DNA from: Naegleria gruberi | Taxonomy: Eukaryota | Assembly (NCBI GenBank): GCA_000004985.1 | Contig: GG738881.1 | Length of the DNA stretch: 64,000 nucleotides | Reading direction: 5' to 3' (one strand) | Shown: one piece after another, positions 33,287 to 43,417 of the stretch | How the letters are laid out: each line of letters opens with the position of its first letter | How positions within the stretch are numbered: position 1 is the first letter of the stretch | The notes under the pieces: model-generated | Databases searched by the model: none | Seen by the model: only the letters and a program-made list of their open reading frames with translations | What the model was told of the DNA's origin: nothing | Made by a program: the position numbers and the translations under genes

Positions 33287-35807
33287 TTAAATGGTCATAC
33301 AGAAAGAGACAACGTCATCCAATACTTCAGTAACTCTTGAATACTGAACTGCACTCATTTTCTTAATACAATTAGAGATTGGAATAATGTTGTATTCTTC
33401 AAAATGAATGTCATTACAAATCTCTTCACAAACCCTGGAATAGTTTGCCATTATCTTTTTAATAACCACAGACAGTGCAAATATATCATGTTTTACCGTG
33501 AATCTGATATTCGGATCTTGAGGTGTGTAATCATCTTTGTAATTCAATATACTTTGTTGATTGGAATTCAAGCATTTAGAGTTATTGAAATCTATTAAAA
33601 CAGCATCAAAATCGTAACTGGTTTTCATTCTAAACATAATGTTATGAACACTGACATCACAATGAACAATGCCCTTATTATGAATGCATTTAAGAGCATG
33701 TAAACACCCTATCAATGTCTTCAGTATGATTGTTCTTATAATGGAATTTCCTTGATACTCTTGATTACTTTGCATCTTTTTTATCAGCTCATCATAGTTT
33801 AATAATTTTTCTTGAACTGTAATATTTAATTGGCTATTTACAGGTCCATAATAGAAAATATTGCAAATATTAGGGTCTCTAATTTCTTTCATCAATTTCA
33901 TTACAAACACATTGTCGATTTCTCTATTTGTAATCTTGAAATAAGATTCCTTATTCTTATATTGTATGGTTCCTAGAATTGATTTTTGTTCTAACTTTTC
34001 CATTTGCAAGTTGCTAAAGTCTAATCCTAAATCAAGATCATGAATACTTTGGGAAAGTTTAAAAAGAGAAGTATTGTTGTTATCGTTATGATCAATGTTA
34101 TTGTCTACGGTACAATCGTCTTTCCTTTCATTTTCATCCTCAAAATCTTCTTGATCGTTCCCATCTTCAATTCTAGAATATATATATTCAATTGTTCTCA
34201 TTGAAACTTTAAGAAACCAATACCTATAAGTAAACTTCTCACCTTCAGTATTGAAAAATAATTGAATTTCATTCATAGGATGGGGACACAATTGTCCCCT
34301 TGGATAAATATTCAATTCGTAAGGTTTTTCCTTAGTAAAAAATAGTAAGGTTCTGCCTTTTTGGTTCAGAAAAGTTTTGTGACAAGAGCTTTTGAGTTCT
34401 TTTTGGATTTCTTCTTCAACAGGTAGTGGATATCGTAGTATTTGAGAAAAATGTTTAATGGCTTCATCGGGCGTTTTGAATTCATATAACATTCGTTGAG
34501 GGAAAAATTGATGTATCATAATTGACTGATTCGTTATATCAAAAAGTCCTGGATCTGTATTGGACTTTGAAGTTGTTGGTGTATCAGATATGTTCCTCAC
34601 CTTTTTTTGGGCTTCATTATTGAAACTCTTGTTCAAACAGTTTTTTCCAATTTGAAGAAGTATTGATACAGCTTTAGCTCTTCCGTTCGATGTGTTAATA
34701 TCATACCATTCCGAACTGAATAATCTAAAACTATAACTAAAAATTGTAGTATTACTACTCTTTGGAACAAGATAAAGTCTTAAAAAGCAAATTTTGGTCC
34801 CACCTGAGAGCGATCCAAAGGTGTCCAATTCAGTATCTGAATTAAGTAAATCATTTGAGAACAAGTTATTCATCAATTCTTTTAAAGATCCTCTCATTAG
34901 AAACACAATTTTCTTAAAGTCTGGATGGTCGTAAATAGAATCCACTTCAACTGGTTTCCATTCTCCAAAAAAGCACCTCCAATCATGGTCTTGAATAATA
35001 TTTCTGCGAGTCAGTATTTTATCAGGTAAGAAATATTTGGTTGTGAAATATTGTGCCAATCTTGTTTGATTTTCCAGTGATTGTTGCCTGGAATTTAAAA
35101 GAATTGATTTTCGAGTGATTGTTGTCTCAATTCCAGAATTTAAAAGAATTGATTACATACCCAGTAGAGGTCAATTTTCCCTGTGAAATACTAATAAGAA
35201 AGGCAAACAGAATGGAAAGAGTTTCCTGATAGTTCATTTCTGATTCCTGTTCAAAATGTAAGTTCTGCAATGCATAGAGTGGTGAGAGTAATGGAGTTGG
35301 ATTGTTGTTCTTGTAGGAGAAGAACAGTTTTTTGGAGAACTCAATAGGACAATCAACATTTTCAATTTTGTCTCGATCAAACACACGCTCCATATCTTCT
35401 TCAACTTTTAACATGTCTCTATTATCATCAAACACAATGCCTGTTGGTTTAAGAGAAATCAAGCCTTTTGCAAGAAAAGATTTTGTACTTATTGACAAGC
35501 TAGGAGCAACTTCATTGTTCTCTGCCTCTATTCTATCAATAACAGTCTTTTCTTGTTTTTCAAAAAAGTGTTTCATTATCAATTCCTCTTTTGTATTATT
35601 AAACGCTAATTCCAAAGCACTCTTCCAAGAACTTTGAAGATAATCAGGTACTTTGGTCATGAATACATCTGAATCACATAATTTAAAATCAAGGACCGAT
35701 AACACCTCATAATCACCTAAATCATCGGCATTCAAAATAGTTGCCTTGTGATTCTTCTTATCATATAAACCAGGCCAATTTAACATTCCAAATGGTCCAT
35801 ATATCAA
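33287..35807 (-). CDS. Protein kinase-like domain protein (atypical: HCD catalytic-loop and DFN activation motifs); join(35161..35807,33287..35087)
   Basis: A 73-nt intron (GTATGT..TTCCAG) joins …GKLTSTG to QQSLENQTRLAQYFTT… in frame. The C-terminal region has LHALKCIHNKGIVHCDVSVHNIMF…AVLIDFNNSK (kinase subdomains VIb/VII). The first in-frame Met is at 35807; an upstream exon is possible. Confidence 0.55.
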
Positions 35808-36216
35808 GACCCAAACACCTTCTTCATCCTCAAACTCTTCCGAAGCGCAATCTATTTTACGTTTCTTCTCTCCCCTTAAACATTTTCAGTTCTATTTAAT
35901 AATAAGGTAGCGACAACACTTACTTAAAAAATGTGCTAAGGGAGATTTCTTTTCTCATTTTTTTTGTTTGGTAGTGAAGATGATGATATGGCGAACTTAC
36001 AAAGTTTACGGTTAGTAAGGCGCCATAATGAAATAATATTCAACTTTAAAAAAGTAATTCTTTTGTGATCATTTCGATGCGGAAACCATTGGTCAATTAA
36101 TTATTGATCCATTTTCCAAACCAGATTATTATTCTATTTACTCATTCGATATTTCTCAGAATTTATTGAGTTTTGGTGTGAAATCTTCGAGAGAATTACA
36201 ATTCAAATGTGATAAG

Positions 36217-36266
36217 NNNNNNNNNNNNNNNNNNNNNNNNNNNNNNNNNNNNNNNNNNNNNNNNNN
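36217..36266. other. Assembly gap (50 N)
   Basis: Run of 50 N characters. Scaffold gap, not biology. Confidence 1.
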
Positions 36267-36287
36267 TCTCCAGAAAAGGCCACATTT

Positions 36288-37121
36288 ATGGATGGTTTTT
36301 TCCATTTGAATTGTCAAGAAAATGTGATGGTCAACTCGTATCAGCTCTATCTTGTAGCCAAGAAGATTTTCATTCCAATTCCTCCTAATCCAACTCCATC
36401 AATTCCACCAGAACCTTCCATTGCTCCGCCAAAACCTGAACCAACTCTTATTCCTCCTAAACCATCTCTGCCAACACCAATTCCAAGTTATTCGAAAGGT
36501 CCTGCTCCACCTCAACCAGTTCCATCTCCTCAACCAATAACTTCATTCGAAAGAGAAAATGGAATTCCACTTATTAAAGATTCAACAATTTCCAAGAAAA
36601 TTCAAGCAGGAGAATCATCTCTCTATCGAATAACCATTCCATCCCATTCAAGATTGTCTCTTTCATGTTCCACCTTATCTGGAAAAGATATTCTTGTGTT
36701 GGTTGGTGAAAATTTCAAACCAACAAATCAACACTATTCCTTAAGAATGTTTTCAAATCACATTCAATCATTGGATAATCCTTCATCAAATTCTCAAATT
36801 TATTTCATTGTAATTGAGGGTCCTAGTGAAGGTTTCTCCCAATTTACACTTTTACCATCTGTTGCTCAATTGAATGTACGATCGGCATCATCTTCATCTC
36901 AACATTTAATTGGTCAAAGTGTCACTGGATTTATTGTAACTATTGTACTATTGACATTATCCTTAATTGGAGCTTTAATTGTAATTCTTTCTTGTGGAAT
37001 TTATTGGAAAAAGAAAAGCAATAGCGAACTATACTCCCTAGAGACAACTGGATTAGTAAGAAGAGGAAATGCGAATTCATTACAAGTAGAAGCAAGTTAT
37101 TATAGTGAGAATAATTTATAA
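36288..37121 (+). CDS. Type I membrane protein with Pro-rich extracellular region and single C-terminal TM helix (5' end possibly lost in the gap)
   Basis: 277-aa ORF starting right after the N-gap. PxP-rich segment, Ser-rich stretch, TM helix GFIVTIVLLTLSLIGALIVILSCGIYW, short cytoplasmic tail. Confidence 0.4.
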   Translation: MDGFFHLNCQENVMVNSYQLYLVAKKIFIPIPPNPTPSIPPEPSIAPPKPEPTLIPPKPSLPTPIPSYSKGPAPPQPVPSPQPITSFERENGIPLIKDSTISKKIQAGESSLYRITIPSHSRLSLSCSTLSGKDILVLVGENFKPTNQHYSLRMFSNHIQSLDNPSSNSQIYFIVIEGPSEGFSQFTLLPSVAQLNVRSASSSSQHLIGQSVTGFIVTIVLLTLSLIGALIVILSCGIYWKKKSNSELYSLETTGLVRRGNANSLQVEASYYSENNL

Positions 37122-37178
37122 TAAATAACAATTTCTATTTGAATATCAATCTATTGTAATACTATTTCATTACAAATG

Positions 37179-37907
37179 TTAATAATTACAAGTATCTGGT
37201 CCCTTATTATTGAAATACAAATAGAAACAATACCAATTCATTTCATTAATATTCCACTTTGGCATTGGTTGATACTTCTTATGAATCAATGAATTGTAAA
37301 GCAAAGTCTTACTCCAAGTCCATCCAAAATTAGCCAAATAATAAGCTCCACTAATTTCACCAGTTTGATCAACTCCATTATCATCATGAATAAAGAAAAC
37401 AATATTTGATTGATGATGTGATTTTAAATTATTGATTGAGGTCTTGTTGTGAACCCAATGTGTTAATTGGTCAACTCTTCCAATAAGTTGATCTTCCAAA
37501 TTCCAAACACCTTGACCTTCTACAACTAAACTTGCTTGTAACCATTCTGGAAGTCCTGAAATATTTGCTGGATTTCCAACAAGTGGCCAATGAATAAATT
37601 CACCTTCTTTGGAATGCATGGCGAAGTATGCTTCTTCTTGAACAACAGAATCAACTTTTAACACTGAAATATCGACCAAATAAAAGTCATCTACGTTTTG
37701 ATTGGTTTTACTCTTGATTTCTGCTTGAATTGCTGTTTGGAGAGTTTTCATGTCCAAGTTTAGTCCAATCACTGGTGAATCTCCTCTCAAAAGATATCTT
37801 TGAAGAGTCGGATTAGAGTCTATTAAATTTACTTGTACACATTCTGTCAACACAACAGTAAATGTGATGAGAAGTAAAAGTATAATGCCAGTTGTCAATT
37901 TTACCAT
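37179..37907 (-). CDS. Secreted protein with N-terminal signal peptide (hypothetical)
   Basis: 242 aa. MVKLTTGIILLLLITFTVVLTEC signal sequence. N-glyc sites. No family recognised. Confidence 0.45.
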   Translation of the reverse strand: MVKLTTGIILLLLITFTVVLTECVQVNLIDSNPTLQRYLLRGDSPVIGLNLDMKTLQTAIQAEIKSKTNQNVDDFYLVDISVLKVDSVVQEEAYFAMHSKEGEFIHWPLVGNPANISGLPEWLQASLVVEGQGVWNLEDQLIGRVDQLTHWVHNKTSINNLKSHHQSNIVFFIHDDNGVDQTGEISGAYYLANFGWTWSKTLLYNSLIHKKYQPMPKWNINEMNWYCFYLYFNNKGPDTCNY

Positions 37908-38133
37908 TTTTTTTTATGTTTGGAACAAGAATGAATATCTCCAAAAGTTCTTTAATTGTCTCATGGAGTAACACCTCAAACTACACTTCCTAAACTCCCA
38001 CAATTTGACTAGTTGTTTAGGAAGTGCACAGTTTTTAGGGAAACATTTCAAAAGCGCAGGAAAAAATTCTCAAGTTGGAAGCTGGTTGATTATTTCTTGG
38101 AATTAGGAGTTGTACTGAAGCCGAATATTAAAG

Positions 38134-38910
38134 TTGAACGCAGCTAATTTCGAGCAGAACTTTGATATTGCTATTTCTAATTGTTTCGACATATTCATTG
38201 TAGTTGGTGGATCATCATTGATGATTTTCGATAAATCAAAAGCTGTCACCTCTGAAAATTCCCTTTTATTTAACATCAAGTATTGGGAATTTTCGTTTCA
38301 TTGCTTGCGATTGGTGACTGAGAATTCAGAGGAATTTATTTATGCAAGTAAAAGTGGAGGAATTATTAAAATTAGAGTGAAGGATTTGATGGAAGGAAAG
38401 GAAGGAATTGTGTGGGAATGTAAAAAATCAAACATGAATATTTGGGGATTAGATTTGATGGGAAATCAAGTGTTTTTTCTAGATTACAATAGATCAGTAA
38501 TTTGTAAAGCAAATAAGGAAACAGGAAAGGATGAAGGTGAAGATGTTATTCATTTATTTAATGGATATGGAATTGAATTTTTATCTGAAAGTGAAATATT
38601 GACATCCAATCAACAATCTTTAGAAATTTTCAAAAAACAAGAAAATAATTGGATTTCTAAAAGAAGAGTGGTTATTCCCAAGTGTTCTACTGCCTATTCA
38701 ATATTTTATGAGAAGGAATCTGGATTAGTTTACTTATCTGATACTGAAAATCATCGAATTTTTGTCATTAGATTGTTTGATTTCTCAATTGTTAAAACAT
38801 TTGAAGATTCTAATGCCATTTCAAGAAATTTCGGATTGTTTGTTGATAAGCGAACTGGTTTACTCTATGTTGTTAATAACAAATCCAAAGAAATTTCTAT
38901 TTTTCAATAA
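38134..38910 (+). CDS. Hypothetical protein, possibly NHL/beta-propeller-like
   Basis: 258-aa ORF. Repeated …LVYLSD.ENHRIFV… / …LLYVVNNKSKEISIF… strands reminiscent of NHL repeats. Weak call. Confidence 0.35.
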   Translation: MNAANFEQNFDIAISNCFDIFIVVGGSSLMIFDKSKAVTSENSLLFNIKYWEFSFHCLRLVTENSEEFIYASKSGGIIKIRVKDLMEGKEGIVWECKKSNMNIWGLDLMGNQVFFLDYNRSVICKANKETGKDEGEDVIHLFNGYGIEFLSESEILTSNQQSLEIFKKQENNWISKRRVVIPKCSTAYSIFYEKESGLVYLSDTENHRIFVIRLFDFSIVKTFEDSNAISRNFGLFVDKRTGLLYVVNNKSKEISIFQ

Positions 38911-39132
38911 TACTTTCGAAATGTGTCAGTTGACCAAATGGTGATTTTCAACAATTCGCGCTAGGTCCACTGGTTATCATCTATGGACGATGAAGAAGAA
39001 AACTCTGAAACAAAAGATGAAGAGGAGGAAGGAGAACAAGAAAGAATTTAAACTTGATCAATTTTTAATATTTTAAATAATTTGTACTTTTAAAAAAATG
39101 TCTCACATTGACGATGAACTATCCTGCTGCTG

Positions 39133-40230
39133 TTGTTGCATTCTCATCAACCCTCCAACAATGTGTATTACCATAAATTGAGAGAAAAATTTAATGAACA
39201 ACGTAAAGGCTATACTAAATGGTTACAAGCTCAAGTAAATTTCATTCAATTACAGAGATTGCGTAGAAGATCCGAATCAATTGCAGCATCACACACTTAT
39301 CAGCATCTTCCTATTGAATTTTTATTTGATGATTATTTGGTAATTATGGCAATGAAGAATTTTCCATTGAATTATTCACACATTGTAAAACAATTACCAT
39401 TTGTTTTGAATAGGAAATCATTATTTAGACTTGCGTTTAAGAATTGTTATTCAGATCTGTTGTTTCAAGCCTCAGAAACAGCTAGGAAAGATCCAGAAAT
39501 TGCACAAATGATTGTACACTTTAAAGGAACAGAATTGGAATTTCTCTCTGACGAATGTAAAGCCAATAGGAATGTGGTGTTATCTGCTGTTGGAAGTAAT
39601 GGGTCAATGATTGAATTTGCGAGTGAAGAGTTGAGAAATGATGAGGAAATTATTTTGGCTGCTGTTAAAAATGGTTACGTCAACTTTCCCGAATCAATAT
39701 TCGAAAGATATCCTCAAGTAGCTGTGGAATGTATGGTTTTATATTGGAATTCTAGAGCGAGTGAATTGCCTGAATTTATTTGGACATGTAGAGAACTTGT
39801 GTTGTCAGCTATCCAAAGAAATGTCAATATTTATTCTGTTAAATTATTGGCACCACATTTGAAATTAGATAGAGAGATTGTATTGATTGTTGCATTAGAA
39901 AATATTACACTTCTAGATGAGGATTTGAAAAATTTGGATAGTTTCAAAGATCGAGAATTTTGCTTACAATTTGTCAAGAATAATTACTTGGGATTTAAAT
40001 TTATTCCAGAAATAATGAGACAAGATAAGGAAATAATGATGGCATGCTTGAGAAATGATCCATCAATGATTGAATTTACAGAATTGGTCAAAGACAAGGA
40101 GTTTTTATTGATGGCTCTCAATGAAGGATGTAAAATTTTACCATATCTACCAAATGATTTACTGAATGAGGAGGAATTTTTACCATTCAAAGAGTCAACA
40201 ATCATTACAATAGATCAAGATTCAATTTAG
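39133..40230 (+). CDS. DUF4116 repeat protein
   Basis: At least 7 copies of a roughly 35-40-aa repeat: D(E/K/R)E(I/F)(V/I/M)L.A(V/L)..n…(I/L)(E/P)(F/Y)…L.nD.EF. This matches the DUF4116 repeat motif. Confidence 0.55.
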   Translation: MLHSHQPSNNVYYHKLREKFNEQRKGYTKWLQAQVNFIQLQRLRRRSESIAASHTYQHLPIEFLFDDYLVIMAMKNFPLNYSHIVKQLPFVLNRKSLFRLAFKNCYSDLLFQASETARKDPEIAQMIVHFKGTELEFLSDECKANRNVVLSAVGSNGSMIEFASEELRNDEEIILAAVKNGYVNFPESIFERYPQVAVECMVLYWNSRASELPEFIWTCRELVLSAIQRNVNIYSVKLLAPHLKLDREIVLIVALENITLLDEDLKNLDSFKDREFCLQFVKNNYLGFKFIPEIMRQDKEIMMACLRNDPSMIEFTELVKDKEFLLMALNEGCKILPYLPNDLLNEEEFLPFKESTIITIDQDSI

Positions 40231-40244
40231 ATGATAATTTTCCA

Positions 40245-40856
40245 ATGTTTATGGAGGAGTATGATGAAATTGATAATAGTCGAACCAAAATTTCTCTGGA
40301 TGAAAGTTTATTCATCCAAAATGATAGAAGTGTAATTCTTAGTGCTGTTCGATTGAATCCGTCTTTGTTGGTATTTGCTACAGAGAAGTTGTTGAATGAT
40401 TCAGAGTTTGCTTTGCAATGTGTCAATGGTAATGCACTATGCATTGAGTATTTACCCAACTTTAGAACTGATAAGGAATTTATTTTGCAAGCCATTGAAT
40501 TGAAACCAGATAATATATGTATTGGTGATTTGTTTTCTAATGATATAGATTTTAAGGAAAGGCTCACAAATTTAATTTTGGAAAGAAGGGTTGCCTTTAG
40601 TATTGTTCCTCCATATTTGAAAGAGAATGAGGATGTTTTGCTGACATGTATGCAAATCAAACAATACGATTTTTGGTACAACCAAATTCCAACTCATCTA
40701 TTAGACAGTAAGGATTTTGTTTTGAGAGCAATCAAAGCCTCTCCTTATACTTACTGGACTCTCTTTAGTAATGATACAAACTCAGAATATGAAATGCTAC
40801 AATTGAAATACCATGGAATGTACATATTTTCAAATATCAAAACACGACGATTTTAA
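40245..40856 (+). CDS. DUF4116 repeat protein (tandem paralogue, or 3' part of the preceding gene)
   Basis: Same repeat family (DRSVILSAVRLNPSLLVFATEKLLNDSEFALQCV…DKEFILQAIELKPDNI…). Separated from the upstream ORF by a TAG stop and 14 nt. Confidence 0.5.
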   Translation: MFMEEYDEIDNSRTKISLDESLFIQNDRSVILSAVRLNPSLLVFATEKLLNDSEFALQCVNGNALCIEYLPNFRTDKEFILQAIELKPDNICIGDLFSNDIDFKERLTNLILERRVAFSIVPPYLKENEDVLLTCMQIKQYDFWYNQIPTHLLDSKDFVLRAIKASPYTYWTLFSNDTNSEYEMLQLKYHGMYIFSNIKTRRF

Positions 40857-41191
40857 TATTTTACTTAGAGAGAGAATGAATTTTGCCTATGATGGGTTAG
40901 TAGATACAAGCTGGTGCAAAATGGCTGAATTGACTTAGTAAATTTTTCATTATTAAGAATCTGGGAGAATCGAAAAATCAGCTGGATTTCACATGTGCCA
41001 AAAAGTATTAAATTGCAACAGAACAAAGCTCTTTGATTATTTACAGATCCATCTTAGTTTTATTAAAATTGATTTACTAGAGTCCCGAGGTGGCCTAAGC
41101 TCAATATCTTATGATATGACCCCCCGTTTAAACCGGGTTATTTAATAAAGCATCAATAGAGCTGCTTTTTTTTCTAATTTTTTTAAATAAT

Positions 41192-42178
41192 TTAGAAAAG
41201 ACCACCGAAGCCCATTTCTTCTTCTTCCTCTTCTTCTTCCTTCTTGTCTTCAACAACAGCAGCAGTGGTGTTAGCAGTAGCAACTGGAGCAGAGGAAGCG
41301 AACTTGCTTGGATCAGCAAGGTATTCCTTAACCTTTTCAGCTTGTGGGAATGAGAATTCAGTACCAGCAGCAATAGCCAACAAGTTCTTGAAGGTGTTAG
41401 CAACAGAGTGAGGAATAGAAGCTTCATTAGGCATATCCAAAGCCAAACCGAGAGCAGCAACATTGTTGACAGCATCTCTGACCTTTGATTCCATAACTTC
41501 GTCAGTCAAAGAAAGGACAGTTGGTGAGTAAACAGCACCGTTGTCATAAATGTTAACCAAAACCAAACCATATTCGAAAGGCTTAATGTTCAACAATTGC
41601 AACAAAGCAGCTTCTGAGGAACCGACCTTATCACCTGGGTTCAAGAGAATGTGTTCCTTGATAATTTCGACGGTACCCTTGGTAATCTTGGTGTTAATGT
41701 TAAGGGCTTGGAAGAAAGAAGTCTTGGTTGGTTCAAGACCAGTGTTAGCTGGTTGAATGACGACCTTGACTGGGGAGATGGCACCTTGCTTAGCTGGAGC
41801 ACCAACCTTGTATGAGAGAATAACGTCCTTGACTTCGTTCAAATCATTGTTAGTGAAGACCAAACCAACGTTACCCTTGAGGAGATCAGCAATCTTGGCA
41901 ATGTTAGCAGCTTGAGCAGCCAATGACTTGTACTTTTCTGGAGCAGAAGTCAAAACCTTGATAGCCTTCTTCATCAAAGTGTTCTTACCCATGAGCAATT
42001 CACCCTTTCCTCTCAAACCGACTCTGATGTCAGCCATTTGCTTGGATCTAACGTTGTTAGCTTCAACGAAGATAATCTTGGTGTACTTGTCCAACATGTT
42101 AATGAAGGATTCAACGTATTGTTCCTTCAACTTTTGCTTTTCGTCCTTTGACAATTGTCTCTTTGCTCTTTTGACCAT
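41192..42178 (-). CDS. RPLP0: 60S acidic ribosomal protein P0 (uL10)
   Basis: …NVRSKQMADIRVGLRGKGELLMGKNTLMKKAI…VGAPAKQGAISP…TKTSFFQALNINTKITKGTVEI…IPHSVANTFKNLLAIA… plus the acidic tail EEEEEEEMGFGGLF. Start taken at MVKRAKR; an in-frame upstream Met at 42241 is possible. Confidence 0.85.
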   Translation of the reverse strand: MVKRAKRQLSKDEKQKLKEQYVESFINMLDKYTKIIFVEANNVRSKQMADIRVGLRGKGELLMGKNTLMKKAIKVLTSAPEKYKSLAAQAANIAKIADLLKGNVGLVFTNNDLNEVKDVILSYKVGAPAKQGAISPVKVVIQPANTGLEPTKTSFFQALNINTKITKGTVEIIKEHILLNPGDKVGSSEAALLQLLNIKPFEYGLVLVNIYDNGAVYSPTVLSLTDEVMESKVRDAVNNVAALGLALDMPNEASIPHSVANTFKNLLAIAAGTEFSFPQAEKVKEYLADPSKFASSAPVATANTTAAVVEDKKEEEEEEEEMGFGGLF

Positions 42179-42771
42179 TTTTGTGGGTAGACCTCTAGTT
42201 TGTTTTTTTTCAACAGAAAAATTTAAAACTTGTGCGGACAACTGGCTAAAAAATATTTTACAATCAAATTTTAATGAAAAAACTTGTTGAAGCAGCCGCC
42301 TTCATTTTCTGATTTGATGTTTGCACAAGTTATGTAATTAAGATAAACCATTTACATTATTCCAAGTATTGTTACCTCATTCTCTGAATTGTAGATGAAA
42401 ACCACATGGTTAAACATTGAATGAAAGAATTCAAAAACGATTCAAAAGACTACTCTTCCAATCTTAATGAATAGATCTGTCTGATGCTGTACTTATGAGA
42501 TTGGGTTCCATTCAAACACTACGTGGTAATGAAATTCTGGAAGATTAATGAACGATTTGAATTGGATTTGAAATCAATGGTTGAAATCAATTTTCTAAAT
42601 TACTATCATGATTTAATTAACAACAAAATCACATTTAATAATGTAAAAAACAATAATTAACAGTGGTAACATTCGGAATTAATTTTTTGTTTTTATAAGA
42701 GTGAGAAGTTGTGTCATTTCGTCGGGTTAAATTATATAAATTGATGTTGGTGATGATGGAGAAAATCTTCT

Positions 42772-43107
42772 TTACATTTGATATCCACCCATTTGTTGTT
42801 GTTGGGCTTGTTGTTGCATTTGGAAGGTTTGTTCAAGTTGGTCAAGAGGAGCCATTGGAATTGGGAGAGGAAGGAAGGCTAACAAGCTATATAATTTAGT
42901 AGAGAATGAAAGTGGAGCATGTCCGTATGGTGTATAATTAACGCCAATCAAAAAGAAGATTGGGAACAAGGCCCAATGGAATTGTACTAAATTACCACCA
43001 ATTTGTTTAACTAAATGTTGCATCTTTTCTATCATCGACAGCTTGCTCCAATCAACTTTTTGTGTTGGTTGTTGTGCAAAACGAAATCCTCCACCTAGTG
43101 TATTCAT
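42772..43107 (-). CDS. Small membrane protein (hypothetical; Q-rich C-terminus)
   Basis: 111 aa with one or two hydrophobic helices (FHWALFPIFFLIGVNY…LYSLLAFLPLPI). Not assigned. Confidence 0.35.
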   Translation of the reverse strand: MNTLGGGFRFAQQPTQKVDWSKLSMIEKMQHLVKQIGGNLVQFHWALFPIFFLIGVNYTPYGHAPLSFSTKLYSLLAFLPLPIPMAPLDQLEQTFQMQQQAQQQQMGGYQM

Positions 43108-43417
43108 TTTTTAATTTACTTCATTTTTAAAAAAATTTAAAATTGATTGAATTGCAATGGTTATCCACAAAATGATTTGAAGCCTTTAAAAAGATTAAGA
43201 TTTTGAATTAATTGACCACAATCTATTTTAAATATAATTTTAATTAATAACGGATTGGTGACAGTTGTACTACTTTCGATTAAAAATGTTTCAATTTAAA
43301 AGAAGGGTTATAATAATCCAATAGTAAATAATCAAGAACATGAAGAGAACATTACGATTACACGCCAAAGTACCTGTTGTAACATGATTGATTTAATAAT
43401 TAGAATAATTAAAAAAA

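Noticed and set aside
36217-36266. Run of N
   Set aside because: Scaffold gap, not a biological feature.
40231-40244. Possible programmed stop-codon readthrough between the two DUF4116 ORFs
   Set aside because: No supporting context. Tandem paralogues or an unrecognised intron are simpler explanations. Left as an open question in the findings.
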